Origin: Phoronis australis
Taxonomy: Eukaryota > Animalia > Phoronida
Length of the DNA stretch: 64,000 nt
Assembly (NCBI GenBank): GCA_002633005.1
Contig: NMRA01000832.1
Span: forward strand, 46,481 to 110,480
Direction of reading: 5' to 3'
The notes beneath the pieces were generated by a model. That model worked only from the letters and a program-made list of their open reading frames with translations. It had not been told where the DNA came from and made no database searches. Both the position numbers and the translations under genes were made by a program. Of the stretch, positions 24,857 to 37,200 are shown in pieces; position 1 is the stretch's first letter; each line of letters opens with the position of its first letter.

Positions 24857-25250
24857 TTAATATCTAGGAGGGGGTCTTCGTAATGCAGCCCTTTTATCTC
24901 TGGGTGAGGGTGACCTTGAGTTACGGGGTGACGGTGACCTGGAATAACGAGGCGACGGTGACCTGGAATAACGAGGTGACGGCGATCGTGAATACCTCTG
25001 TCTTCCTGGTGATGGAGACCGACTGTATGGTCTGTAATGATCTGATGCCCTTGGGCTTCGTCGTCCGCGGTAGGGACGGTCAGCCTCTGGAGACCATGAC
25101 CGGTCCCTTGACCTCCCTGAGGGTGGTGTTCGTCCCTCAACGAACATGGGTGGTGGCGGGGGTGGAGGGGGTGGCGGATGCATGAAAGGAGACCTCATCA
25201 TCATTGGAGGCGGTGGCATCCACGCATTAGGTGGTGATGTCACTGTGTCC
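24857..25250 (-). CDS. MIA3: TANGO1 terminal exon 22 (poly-Pro + RS/SP repeat tail)
   Basis: gtttcag|RDTVTSPPNAWMPPPP...YSRSPSPR repeats...RRPPPRY*. Confidence 0.8.
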
Positions 25251-28200
25251 CTGAAACAATCGAGCAGAAGTCATGGACCAATGAGCAATTTCGTTTTTAA
25301 GTTATAAGATAGTCAAGATTGCGACATGATCTAGGTGAATGTTCAACAGCAGTGTCTGTATGTTTTGACTTAAGTCACTCAGCTACTGCAGTCCCACACA
25401 CCTAACACTGGCCAAGATTGAGAATTTCGCATTAGCTGTAGCTTCCCAGTAATCTAGGCAAATTTCATTGTTCAGGTGGTCTACAAGAGACGCCTAGTAT
25501 TGAGGTGAATAGGGAGGTCAGGCTCAACTTTGCGATGCTGTTGCTAATAAATAAAGTCAAAAACACACAGGTTACACTTACTAATTCTTCCCACATTTCA
25601 TGTCAAAAATTCAAAAATGTCTTTTTTTTTGTTTTTCTAAGGCTATTTGCTGAAAACGATCAAACCTGCAAAATGTTGTTTTAAGGTAGTACGTGCCTCT
25701 ATTTCTCTCAAAGAATTCTAATTAAAAATATCCGCTGTGCATGAAACAAAATGAGGTTTTCAAATAAAATTAATTTCATACAAATAGTTATTTTCTTGTG
25801 AAAAAAGCCAATTTTGAAAGGGTGTTACAAACACACCCAGTTTGTTTACACGCAACCTGTCAATCATGTCAGAAGTGGCAGGTTAGTATTCAACGTACTA
25901 CTTCACAGTAGCGAACATTTTGTCCCGTGTGCACCCCATCTTTTTGGTCACATCACGTTACCTCATGAATATAAGTCCGTGATGTAACCAAAAAGATAGC
26001 ATGCTGCCGGAACAAAATGTTCGCAACATATTTCCATGCCTCACTGATATATTTATACACACAATGGAGATCAAGGGTAAGATGCCCACTACTAAGTCTA
26101 ATAAGATTTCTGTGTTTGACCAGTGGTCCCGATGGCTCAGTGGCTAGAGCATCTGTACGTTTAGCAGAAGGTCCTGAGTTTGTGTCCCGGTCGGGGGCAG
26201 AAACCTTTTCGGAATTATTTATATCCATTAGGTCATGTGATGTGACCAAAAAGGTGGCGTGCTGACAGGACAAAATATTCGCAACATATTTCCAAGCCTC
26301 ACTGAAAAAGATATATTAACATACATACATCACAGTAAAGATTGACAAGAATACTCGTCACCACTTCATACCTGTTTCCTAGGCCAGGTGAGGGAGCTGC
26401 ACCGGATGTCCTTGACCCTGGTCTGTCATTAGGTGCATGTGGTCTCACTGGTCCATTGGCTAAAAAATTGAAAAGGGTAGGCGTTGATGAAGCATTTGCT
26501 TGCTTGACTGACACCTATTTCCATTGTTCAGTAGATAACAGTCATTACCTGATTAACGTGCAAACGGTGACCAAGACAACACATTGCATGCATCACAAAC
26601 GATAAATACTTAATAAAGTCGATTTAGTATAAATACAATTATACTTCAAGTTGCACGTGTATTTTATGTTTGATCTCAGTCACAAATTGACTGTATTTGT
26701 GTTAATCTTAAGGCTATACATTTTGTCATAATACAATTCAAAACAACTTTTAAAAATATTTGACAGGGTTTTTGTTCACAATAGGCAGTACATACCATTA
26801 GTGAATCCTCCAGGCGAGGATACTCCAGAGGGCGGTAAGAAGCTGGGTGGAAGCGTCCCTGGGGGTATAGCTCCTGGGGGTGGGGGTATGGCTCCTGGGG
26901 GTATGGCTCCTGGGGGTATGGCCCCTGGTGGAAGGTTGAGTGGAGAATTTGGCATGTGAGCGAAGGGGTGCTGCGCTTGAGGGCGGAGGAGCTCCTCGTT
27001 AGACTGTGACAGAGCCTTTGTTCTTTCCAACTCTGTTAGTCTGTAACAGCAAACCACGCAAGGTAGAGTGCAGCCAAATTTGAAAAAAATTCACTAATTT
27101 TACTTTCATTACAACTGCGGATAAAATTGGGAAAGAAATCGACAGGGAGTTACAATCAACAATGATCAATCACTGGAGAACAAGCGCTTGCCACAAATGA
27201 CTCAACTGTCTCAAGTCTCCTCAGAATGTATAATGAATTTTTATGGCCATGCTTTAGCGACAATGAATTTTATGTCTTGAGATAGGCCAGGTGAATGCCT
27301 CTGAAAAACTTATGTAGAAGACCCATGCAGCACTAAATAGGTCAATCCGAAAATACAAACTTCAAGTCAACGATGGTGAATCATTCTATTGAAACAACTA
27401 ATAAACTGCATTTCGTTTATAATTTTATCACGCGTAGTTAAGAAAGCTAATTTGTGGTATCAAAAAGTCAAGAGATCCCTTCAAGAACATAAACCAATAC
27501 AATGGCTTCCATAGATGGCGCTACTTGTGGCTACTCATATTCTCACAGTGATCACTGATTCCTAACACTTTAAAAAATTGAAAATACGGTCGCATGAAAT
27601 GACAAAGTTTCATTACAGCACATGGTGTAGTTACACGTTTGAAAATAGTATCACCAACCTATCAATTAAACTAAGAAATGAAAAATAAAATATTGAATGC
27701 ACAAATATTCATACTAAGTAGCCATGGTAATAATATGAGTAAGACTGGAAAATGTAAAAAAAAATTTGGCCTACTTTCGAACATCCCCATCTCAGAAATA
27801 GCGTGTCAGATTCAAAATGAATAGTTTCAGAACAAAACTAACCACCATGAGGTGATGCTTAACTGAGGTGTGATGCTTAACTGAGGTGTGATGCTTAACT
27901 GAGGTGTAATGCTTAACTGAGGTGTAATTTTTAACTGAGGTGTAATGCTTAACTGAGGTGTAATGCTTAACTGAGGTGTAATGCTTAACTGAGGTGTAAT
28001 GCTTATCTGAGGTGTAATGCTTAACTGAGGTGTAATGCTTAACTGAGGTGTAATGCAGGCGAAATCTTGTAATTAGTAAAAGTGCCACTCAACTTCTTGA
28101 CTTTCTTTTCACTTTCGTTCCACTCTAACATGGACGACTTAACGTGTCTTACCGTTTTCTCAGAGTGGTAGCCTCATTTTTGGCCTCTTCCAGCTTCCTC

Positions 28201-31200
28201 TGAGCATCGCGGGCGGCGAGCTGAAGGAGAGAGAGGTCCGTGTTTAGAGACATAGTGTGCACCAACGACTCTTCATAGCTGATCTCAAAACATGATCCCT
28301 AGCAAAGCTTCGCTCTACATTTTTGTTGCGAATTTTCTTGGGTTAATTAATTTCTTTCGTAATACCTGAACAGCAGCCGATGCTCAGCAGGCAGAAGATG
28401 TAGACAACTATCTTGAGACACTAGTGAAACATGTAAAGTAATTATCTTGAGACACTAGTGAAACACGTACAGTAATTATCTTGAGACACTAGTGAAACAT
28501 GTACAGTAATTATCTTGAGACACTAGTGAAACATGTACAGTAATTATCTTGAGACACTAGTGAAACATGTACAGTAATTATCTTGAGACACTAGTGAAAC
28601 ATGTACAGTAATTATCTTGAGACACTAGTGAAACATGTACAGTAATTATCTTGAGACACTAGTGAAACATGTACAGTAATTATCTTGAGACACTAGTGAA
28701 ACATGTACAGTAATTATCTTGAGACACTAGTGAAACATGTACAGTAATTATCTTGAGACACTAGTGAAACATGTACAGTAATTATCTTGAGACACTAGTG
28801 AAACATGTACAGTAATTATCTTGAGACACTAGTGAAACATGTACAGTAATTATCTTGAGACACTAGTGAAACATGTACAGTAATTATCTTGAGACACTAG
28901 TGAAACATGTACAGTAATTATCTTGAGACACTAGTGAAACATGTACAGTAATTATCTTGAGACACTAGTGAAACATGTACAGTAATTATCTTGAGACACT
29001 AGTGAAACATGTACAGTAATTATCTTGAGACACTAGTGAAACATGTACAGTAATTATCTTGAGACACTAGTGAAACATGTACAGTAATTATCTTGAGACA
29101 CTAGTGCAACATGTACAGTAATTCTTGTGTATCTCAGAACCAACAGAACTGAAAGACTTTATTTGAGTAAGGTGAAATTAGACTTAATATAAAGGGCTAA
29201 GTGCACAAACTAAAACAACCGTACCAATGGATAATCGTCCGACTCATGCCAGTTTAAAAGGAATTTGTGGAGAATATCGTGTTAACTTATCTTCTTCGAA
29301 ATGCAATAACACACCAACAGCGCTGATTTGAAGATACTTTGTGGGATTAAACCTTTTAACTTTGCCCAGTTTCACAAGAAATGGATGAGCAACCTTACTA
29401 AACAACCGCCTCAGGCATTAAGCCCAATGGATACAGTAGACTCCAAGTGCTGGCACTCACCCAGGCATCATGAGATCGCTGTTCCTGCTCTACGGACTGA
29501 AATAAGAATAGAACCGAATAAGATGGTGAAAGAAAAGTATTAAAGAGAGTGAATAAAATCAAATGCAAGACGTTTGCTAGTAGTCAACAATGAATTGTCA
29601 AAAAAATGTAAAAAACTGGCCAAATAAAATCTGACACAAAATTAGTGTCATTAAAAATACACTTCATCTTCAGTAAACTAAATTATTTACTCGTGTTAGA
29701 AAAATAGGTGTTCTACCATTATTCTGCTGCTAAAGTAGTGGAACAATCTTATGTGTCAGTTTTCGGAGTGATGAATTATAGTGTCACCTGTTGGCCAGTT
29801 TCTTTTTTCACGGTTCTTTAACCAACTGTTCTTCTTCCACATGATTGTATGCACGTCACAACAAATTATCGGAGCTGGTTTCATTTTGATATAAATTTTT
29901 AGATTTGAAGCCAGCAAACCAAATTTCCAAACTAATTTTGCTGCCGTGAAGCTTCCATCATCTCCAGAGAGATGTCACAAAAAAATTGGGAAATGGCACC
30001 TATAAACGTCACGAGAGTACTGTTTTCAAAACAACGATAGACTTTTATTACAAAGACAGAGAATTATGCAAGAAAATGACACTTGTTGGATTGTTTTATA
30101 CTTGAACAGCTGCAATGGGCAAAGTGAGTGTCCGTTGACTTCCAGATTTTGCATGCACCCTAGCCAGTCATTAGCTCTACATGTTGATATACGGTGCACG
30201 ACGAGGTGACGAGCAGAACTACCTAGGGGCTGTGAAATTTTCAGGGTCTAATGGAGAACAACTCACAGAAATTCCTAGCTGTATTTTGATGATAGTCTTC
30301 ATAAAGCTAGCTGACTGGCTAAGAAAATCATTGCCAAGTAAAGTGAAGTGCAGTAAATCCATACTTGGCCAGGAGTGCAGCTCATCAGGCTCATGCGTTG
30401 TGAATTTGATGAGATCACGTTAGCATCACAGTATCAGGGGTCCCGCATTTTGGAAACCAGTTCAATAACTGTTACCAAAGGCCAAAAATGGTTCTCAAAA
30501 TGCGGGACCCCTGCAAGTGACAATTACCAATTTAAACAGTCAGTTACTTTTGAAAAAGATTGGACAACAATGCCAGAACGATGAACAGCACTATGGCAGA
30601 CCACTACGTATTCCCACGATAGAATAAGCCACGATTTATCAATGCAAGGGGTTAAGGTATGACCGCGGTAAGGAACATGCGCATACAACATCACAATAAT
30701 AAGCCAGAACATGCAGGAGAGGCTCCCCTTAGCGACACCTACCCGTTTCCTGTAAGTATCGTCCAATTTCTCAATCTCCTTCTTCATGTCGGTCACCTGC
30801 TGCTTATAGACCAACATTTCCTGCTCCCTTTTCTGTGCCTTCTCTTCCGCTGACTGCACTGCATTGCCCGTCTGCTTCTTTAGTACCACGTGCTCTCCGA
30901 GTTGCCTGCAACCATAAGTGTCCTCATGTTTGAGAACGACTGATTGGTCGAACTGATTAAACAAATTTAAGGTTATGTAGGACTTTATCAAACAAGTTAA
31001 ATATATTTAGCTAAATATCGACAAAAGGTAGATGTTTCAAGTCATTGAAAGCATATCATTTAGAGTAGGAAGCCTGCATAATTTGATTTTTGTATCCATT
31101 GGGTCACGTGAACATGTCTTCTGCCCTGTAGAAGGGTCTAGGTATCCCAAATCACATACTAACAAATCATTAGCAAAATATTTACAAGTAGGATACAGTA

Positions 31201-34200
31201 ATCTTGTCTTACATTTGCAGGTCTGTCTCCCGTTGTCTGAAGTAGTCCGACAATGTCTTCAGTTCACTCTTAGCCTCTCGCGCCTCTCTCTCCGCCGTCA
31301 GCTTGGCATCTTCCAAGCTTCGCACCGTAACTATGTGCTCCTGGTTTTTTTCTGTGACGCGAAAGAACAACAGTATCCCAATATTATACTGAACTAGAAA
31401 CAGCCTAATAACCACGCAAAGATTTAACAAGCCCTGCAATTAAATTAGCTTTTCAACTGTGACACAAAGACTGATGACAAACTTAAGAATGAAAAAAGTC
31501 TTGCCCTTATTTAAATCCACTTGCATGTTACTGTTATGATCTAGTATGTTATTTGACATATTTAAGCCAGCATACAATTCTTCAATAACCACTGGTCAAT
31601 AATGTCCATTGCTCAGCAATTGAATCTAAACGCAACCAGAAACTGAAGTAGACCTGTGTTCCATCAAAAAATTCCAATTTAAACCAAATACCGTTATCAT
31701 GTTGGCCTCAACTTGTTCTTTGCTCGGATTAGACGTGATTTCTGGGCTTTGGGAGAACTGAAAGTTTGTTAGTGCTGGAGAATGGGAACAGAAAATTGGC
31801 ATGTCACTTGTCACTATGTTTGGTCCAGGTAATAATGAGCTGCTGGTAAAAATGAGAGAAGTTACTAACTAGAAGACATTTATTTAGTTAAATGAGGATA
31901 ACGTTTCAAGCCTGCAGCTCGCGCCCTTAGTCACATGACTGTTCTTCCCGTCGTTGTGAAACCGGAAGTAACATCTGATCGTAAATAAGCAGAAGTTGCA
32001 GCCCTTGGTCCTGATTGAGTGAGGAGAGGTTGCACTGCTTAAAGTAAATGGCCTCTTCGATTTTACTGCCAATGTTCCTCTCTGGATAAAACTCGAGTAT
32101 TGTCCATATTGATGGTGAGGCCAGATGAAACTAAATGGTCACCAAAAGCAGAAGGTTTGTCCAGTATTTTTGTGTTCTGCATAGCGGGTGCCGACAGCGC
32201 ATTTGGTTTCACCGATGTCTACGTGAGAATGAAATGTTATGCTTAACTAACTAAACGTCTTCTAGTAACGTCTCTCGTTATTACCATGATCACAGGAGAC
32301 AGTGATGAACACCTTTAACTGAATGAGCTTCTAGTTCTTCTCAAGTCCAAATATTACCTTTAATCCAACTAAAGAACAAGTCGAGACTATAAAAGTAACG
32401 TTTTGGCCGAGGCTCTTTTTGCGTCACTTGATGCCAGTTACAACAAGGAGATGTGTTAAGTTTATAGTTGCCTCGCCACGGATGCAATTTTGATCATTTT
32501 GTGTAAGTCGTAAAACCAAAGAAACGGAAATCATCCGTTTCATTTTTGGATCAACTTCCCGTATTTTCCATTGATAAAAGTACCAAAAAGAGTAAATTTC
32601 TTTTTCTCAGTTTACATCGTAGGTCGTTCTGTGCTAAGCGAAATGATTTTGTGACTTTTTATGCGACCGCAAGAAACAGAAATGGAAGGGGGTCCACTGG
32701 ACCACAGTGTTTGAAAATGTAGTCAGGGTTATCACTGGTTAAGTGGTCTAAATTGAGTTTTGCTTTTTGATGGAAAGTGGTTTTAAAGCGGCAATAAGTT
32801 TGTCACTTGTGAACAGAATTTAAGAAAAACAAGAGTCACCCATAAATAGCACATTTGACAGTTAGCATCTTAAATACTCACGCCAGTTGTGCCAAACCTC
32901 TGCTGGGGAAACAGAAAAAGTATTTTGGCTGTGAACTAGGTGATGAAACAACTAGTACGCATAGCAACACTAACAACGTATCGCACAATTCTTGATTATA
33001 GTTCAATATGCTACACAAAGCAATACCAACTCACTAAAGTTCACGTTCAATAATACTATAGACACTCCTCTACAGAAATACCTATACCGGTACATTGTAC
33101 AATACAGTCTATACAGTACCTTCCAAATTTTCTCTCAGCTTAATTTCTTCCTTAAGTCTTTTCTCAAATTGCTCCTTGTCCTCTTCCAAAGTCTTTAAAG
33201 TCGAATTTGTCTGTCATGAAAACATGTATTCACAAGTCAATAAGACAGATCACTAACTACACTTATGACAACAACTGCAAGAGAAATTAATAATACATCC
33301 CACAAATGTGTAATTCAATATGTAGCAAACAGACTAAAAAAAACAAGATAGATTGTTACCAACTTTGCTGGTGCAGGGGTCTGTTTCATGGACTGTTATC
33401 AGCTTTGCTGGTCCAGGGGTCTGTTTCATAGAAAGGGACTAGAGACTCAAGACAGAAATTTGGTCTTATGCTCCACATAAACTATTTCCGAAAAATAATT
33501 AAAATCTCACTTTCAAAGAATAAGGTATCTGAGAATATACCCATAACCATTACTTACTGAGAAAATTTGGACAACGTCGAGTTATTTCCAGGCAGCGTTA
33601 TGCCAATAATGACACGTTACATAACTTTTACTTGGCAATTGTGCAATGGGGCCGAAATGTGTTGTATATCACCTACCTTTGAGACGTCCATCATCACCGA
33701 CATAGTCTGCTCTCGACGCTGGGCAGCCTCTTCTTCAGTTTCGTCATCACCCTTGCTGCCACCCAGGTCCAACTGATGGAAGCAATCTCGCAACACCTGA
33801 ACAATGCAACATCATACGGTGAAAAGAATGTGAGTGATGTCAATACACAAACATGAATAGCTTGATTTTGCATGCATATATGTTATACTGGGATGTGTTA
33901 CATAGAAACTGGTGGGTAAGCTAAAGTGGTTGCTTGCTTTGCTTGTAAGGCATGGCATTACCTCGCAAAGACTTGTGTAATCTCAATGCATATTCGCGAG
34001 ATTCTTGCATTAGCCTGTCAAAACACTGTCAATGGGCAGGTATGCATCAAAATGGCAAGTAATTGTTAGGGAGCTGTAGTCCCAGGGCGTACCTTTCCAC
34101 AAAATGAGTAGGGGGGGTACCGCACATANACATTTTAGATCAACACAATGCTTGGGTGACAGGAGAAATGGGCAACGGCTGCAATAACAAATGATGATTA

Positions 34201-37200
34201 AAATAAAAAATAATTGCAGGCGGTCTGATACACGTTATACCAGACATGCACAGGCCTCGCATGTGGACCCATTGCACTGATCACCTGGAAATATTTTTAT
34301 GCTTTATTAATTTATGGTTAAAACCGAGCTGAGGAGCTAGAAACCTGGCTCAAGGATTTTTAGCAGTGTGACCTGGTGGGACTTGAACCCACGACCTTGA
34401 GTAAAGAAAGCAGGCACTTATCAACCAGGCCATACTGCCTCCTCTAACAAATGATGAACCACCCGCTGGCAATTTATCCACACGAGATGATATCGGCAAG
34501 CTGATATACCCATCTGAGATAGCGATCCCAGAGAGGTTAAGATGCCAGATACCTAAGAAGCCGAAATACCCACCTCAGAAATACCTGAAAAGGCAAAATA
34601 CACACCCTAGTTGGTGGCTTGTCCCTATTGACACATTCAACGGAAAACCCTCCGGAGAAGTAGTTCTACCCATTCGTTTGACTTTGAAAGCTAAAGAATC
34701 ATTCAATGTGTACTAAAAACTCCGTGAAACATGAAAAAGGCAACATAAACCAAAATTAACAATAAACACGCAATAATCAGAGATCACACTTGCAGGGAAA
34801 TGTTCTAGTTGTGCTAGCGTATCACAAAAATCCACTTACCTCCAATTCATTCTCTTTCAATTTGAACCTCTCCTCTAGTTCATTGTATTGTTGCTGTAGA
34901 TCACTTAACTGTGATTTAGCTTCCTTAGCACTGTAATGGAAAGAAAGACTTTGTTGTAATGAAAAACTTACAAAGACATAATCCTATACACAGTCCCTGA
35001 TACAGTGGATGGACTTTAACTTGGTTAATACCTATGTTAATTTCTTTATTTCTTTCAAAACTGGGAATCCACCAACAGAAAGCAGCAAGCACCGACTCAA
35101 TTAGCCACATTAATTTTGTGAATTATTTGAACCATTGTTCCAGGAAAAAAGTCATGTCGGCGTATACTGCTAAGGATAAAAGTTTGAATATGAGTAGCTG
35201 AGTACACTTTGATAAATAGGTTAACAAGCAATTTGAAATAACTGCTGCTTGTCCTGAAGGTGAGACTCCTAGGAGATCAATTAACACATGAGCTTTAAAA
35301 TGTCAAATGTTATTAATAAGTTACACATTAAAAGAAATGAATAAGGCCAAAAAGGAATAGTTGGTTTTGGCATGTACCCTGCCCTTTCCAAGTATCCTTT
35401 TTAACGAACTATTTACCAAGTAAGGAAAAAGAAAACCTGCCGTAATCAGTTTCAGTCAAGGTCCCGTGTTTTGTTGAAAAGCTGCACAAAGCACATAAGC
35501 AAGGGTAGGCAAGAACTGAAATGCCACGATTAGTCAAGCGATGAGCAAAGAATAATAATGAAAACCCACATCATTTCTCCGTGTCTCGGATGATTGTGTT
35601 TTTTTTAAGTGAGCAACTAAAAAGAATACTGCAATAGCGCCTCAATTTTCAAAAAGAAAAAACAACAACACAACAAGTACCTAAACCAACTTTGCTGTTT
35701 AACCTAACAAACAGCGTGAAATAAATCAGTGTATTAATAACTGGTCAGTGACACTAAACAAAATACCTCCTCAGCCTGACGTAACTGAAATCAATGAAGC
35801 ACACTCGCACTAAAGGCCTGTCCATTTCATACACAAGCCCTTTATTGTGATTTGAAACTAAAGCATAAACTGGGCTTAAACATCCATCCACCATGTATGC
35901 TGCCAACTCATAGACTATAAATAGTCCCAAAGCAAAACAAAATCCGCTATTGTTTCACAATTCCCAAACAGCACAGCTTACCTTTTACACATGAAATGAC
36001 TTCGTTATAAGCAATTTTTAACATCTTGAAGACAAGTCCAAAATAGTAAATGAAGCTGACCACAATATTACAGTTTTATTGATTGATACGTTCAATACAA
36101 CAGATCCGGAGAACATACGTGATGCATGGATGTTTTGGTTCAAACTCAGCAGCTCAGCTATGTATCAAAATAATAATAATATACACAAGTTTCACATCTT
36201 GTGTTAAGGCAGGCAAACTGAATTCATGACAACTTCTCACTAGAAGGGAACATAGGCACGCCAATGACCAGCTCTTTGTTACTCAAGAAATAACTACATA
36301 TTAAGTGTTTAAACTCTTGGATAGAGTACAATAAAATTATGCTTGTTTGCAGGATTTCATTTTACAACACTATTCACAAAGTAAGCAAACACTGCACTGA
36401 TTACACTCAAACAGACAACAAGAATAAGATCCATGCTTAACATGACAATTCTTGGCGCTTTAAACAGTTAAAAAAATTAAGCATCCCTAGGTAGTTTCAC
36501 AGCAATATTCTAATGTTACCAAAGTACATGAACTTGGCTGTTGTGAAAAGCTCAACAAAACAACAATATTGGCACGTGAACAATTCGAATTTTCCCTTAA
36601 ATCCAATTTATAAAAACACTACAGCAATCCCAGCAACCATCCATGCCTATTTCCTAACACTACAGACTACAGATAAACCTTTCTAGTAGGTCCACAGCAA
36701 AATCAATCTTCATGAACAACGCAAATGCTCTAGACTATTCACCTACAAATTCAAACCAAAATGCAGCGGTAACCAGTGTCTACCACAACTATATGCTTAT
36801 GACCTCTGACCTTTTGCTAACTGTATCCTATACAATAGTTATTTTTATGCAAGGCCTCTACTCACCTGACAGTGGACACATTGTGGTAACGGGAACTTTC
36901 CAACGAGAACATTACGTTTGCACTATAACAGTGAACGAGGGAACCACATGACACTAAAATTTGCAAATTGGTGAGAATTTTGCCCACACCATTGTGCATA
37001 GCAATTTAGATGCCCTTAATAGGCCACGTTCACTTACCAAGACTTAAGTATACCTGGCAGGCGAGTTTACTAACTAGTATGCTTGAACTAATGGTCAACA
37101 TTTGATATAATTATTTACTTCTTAGGATAACAACATGCATAAAAATGTTTTGTCGTGGAACGGGTAGCAAACATCTTTATACACTAAGCAAGATCACCAA

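Noticed and set aside
24857-25250. Separate SR-protein gene, or exon captured from the neighbouring RBM4-like gene
   Set aside because: Acceptor and phase fit TANGO1 exon 21, poly-Pro motifs fit the TANGO1 tail, there is no RRM exon on this strand, and no nucleotide similarity to the RBM4-like exons was seen
26126-26198. Functional tRNA gene (also 1111, 11526, 34370)
   Set aside because: Defective T-loop or acceptor stems and attachment to repeat bodies indicate SINE heads or pseudogenes
27792-28088. VKHYTS-repeat 98-aa ORF
   Set aside because: Translation of the 18-bp minisatellite; no ATG start or splice-phase fit
28410-29122. 34-bp palindromic repeats as a CRISPR array
   Set aside because: Units are head-to-tail with no unique spacers, there are no cas genes, and the array is in a eukaryotic intron
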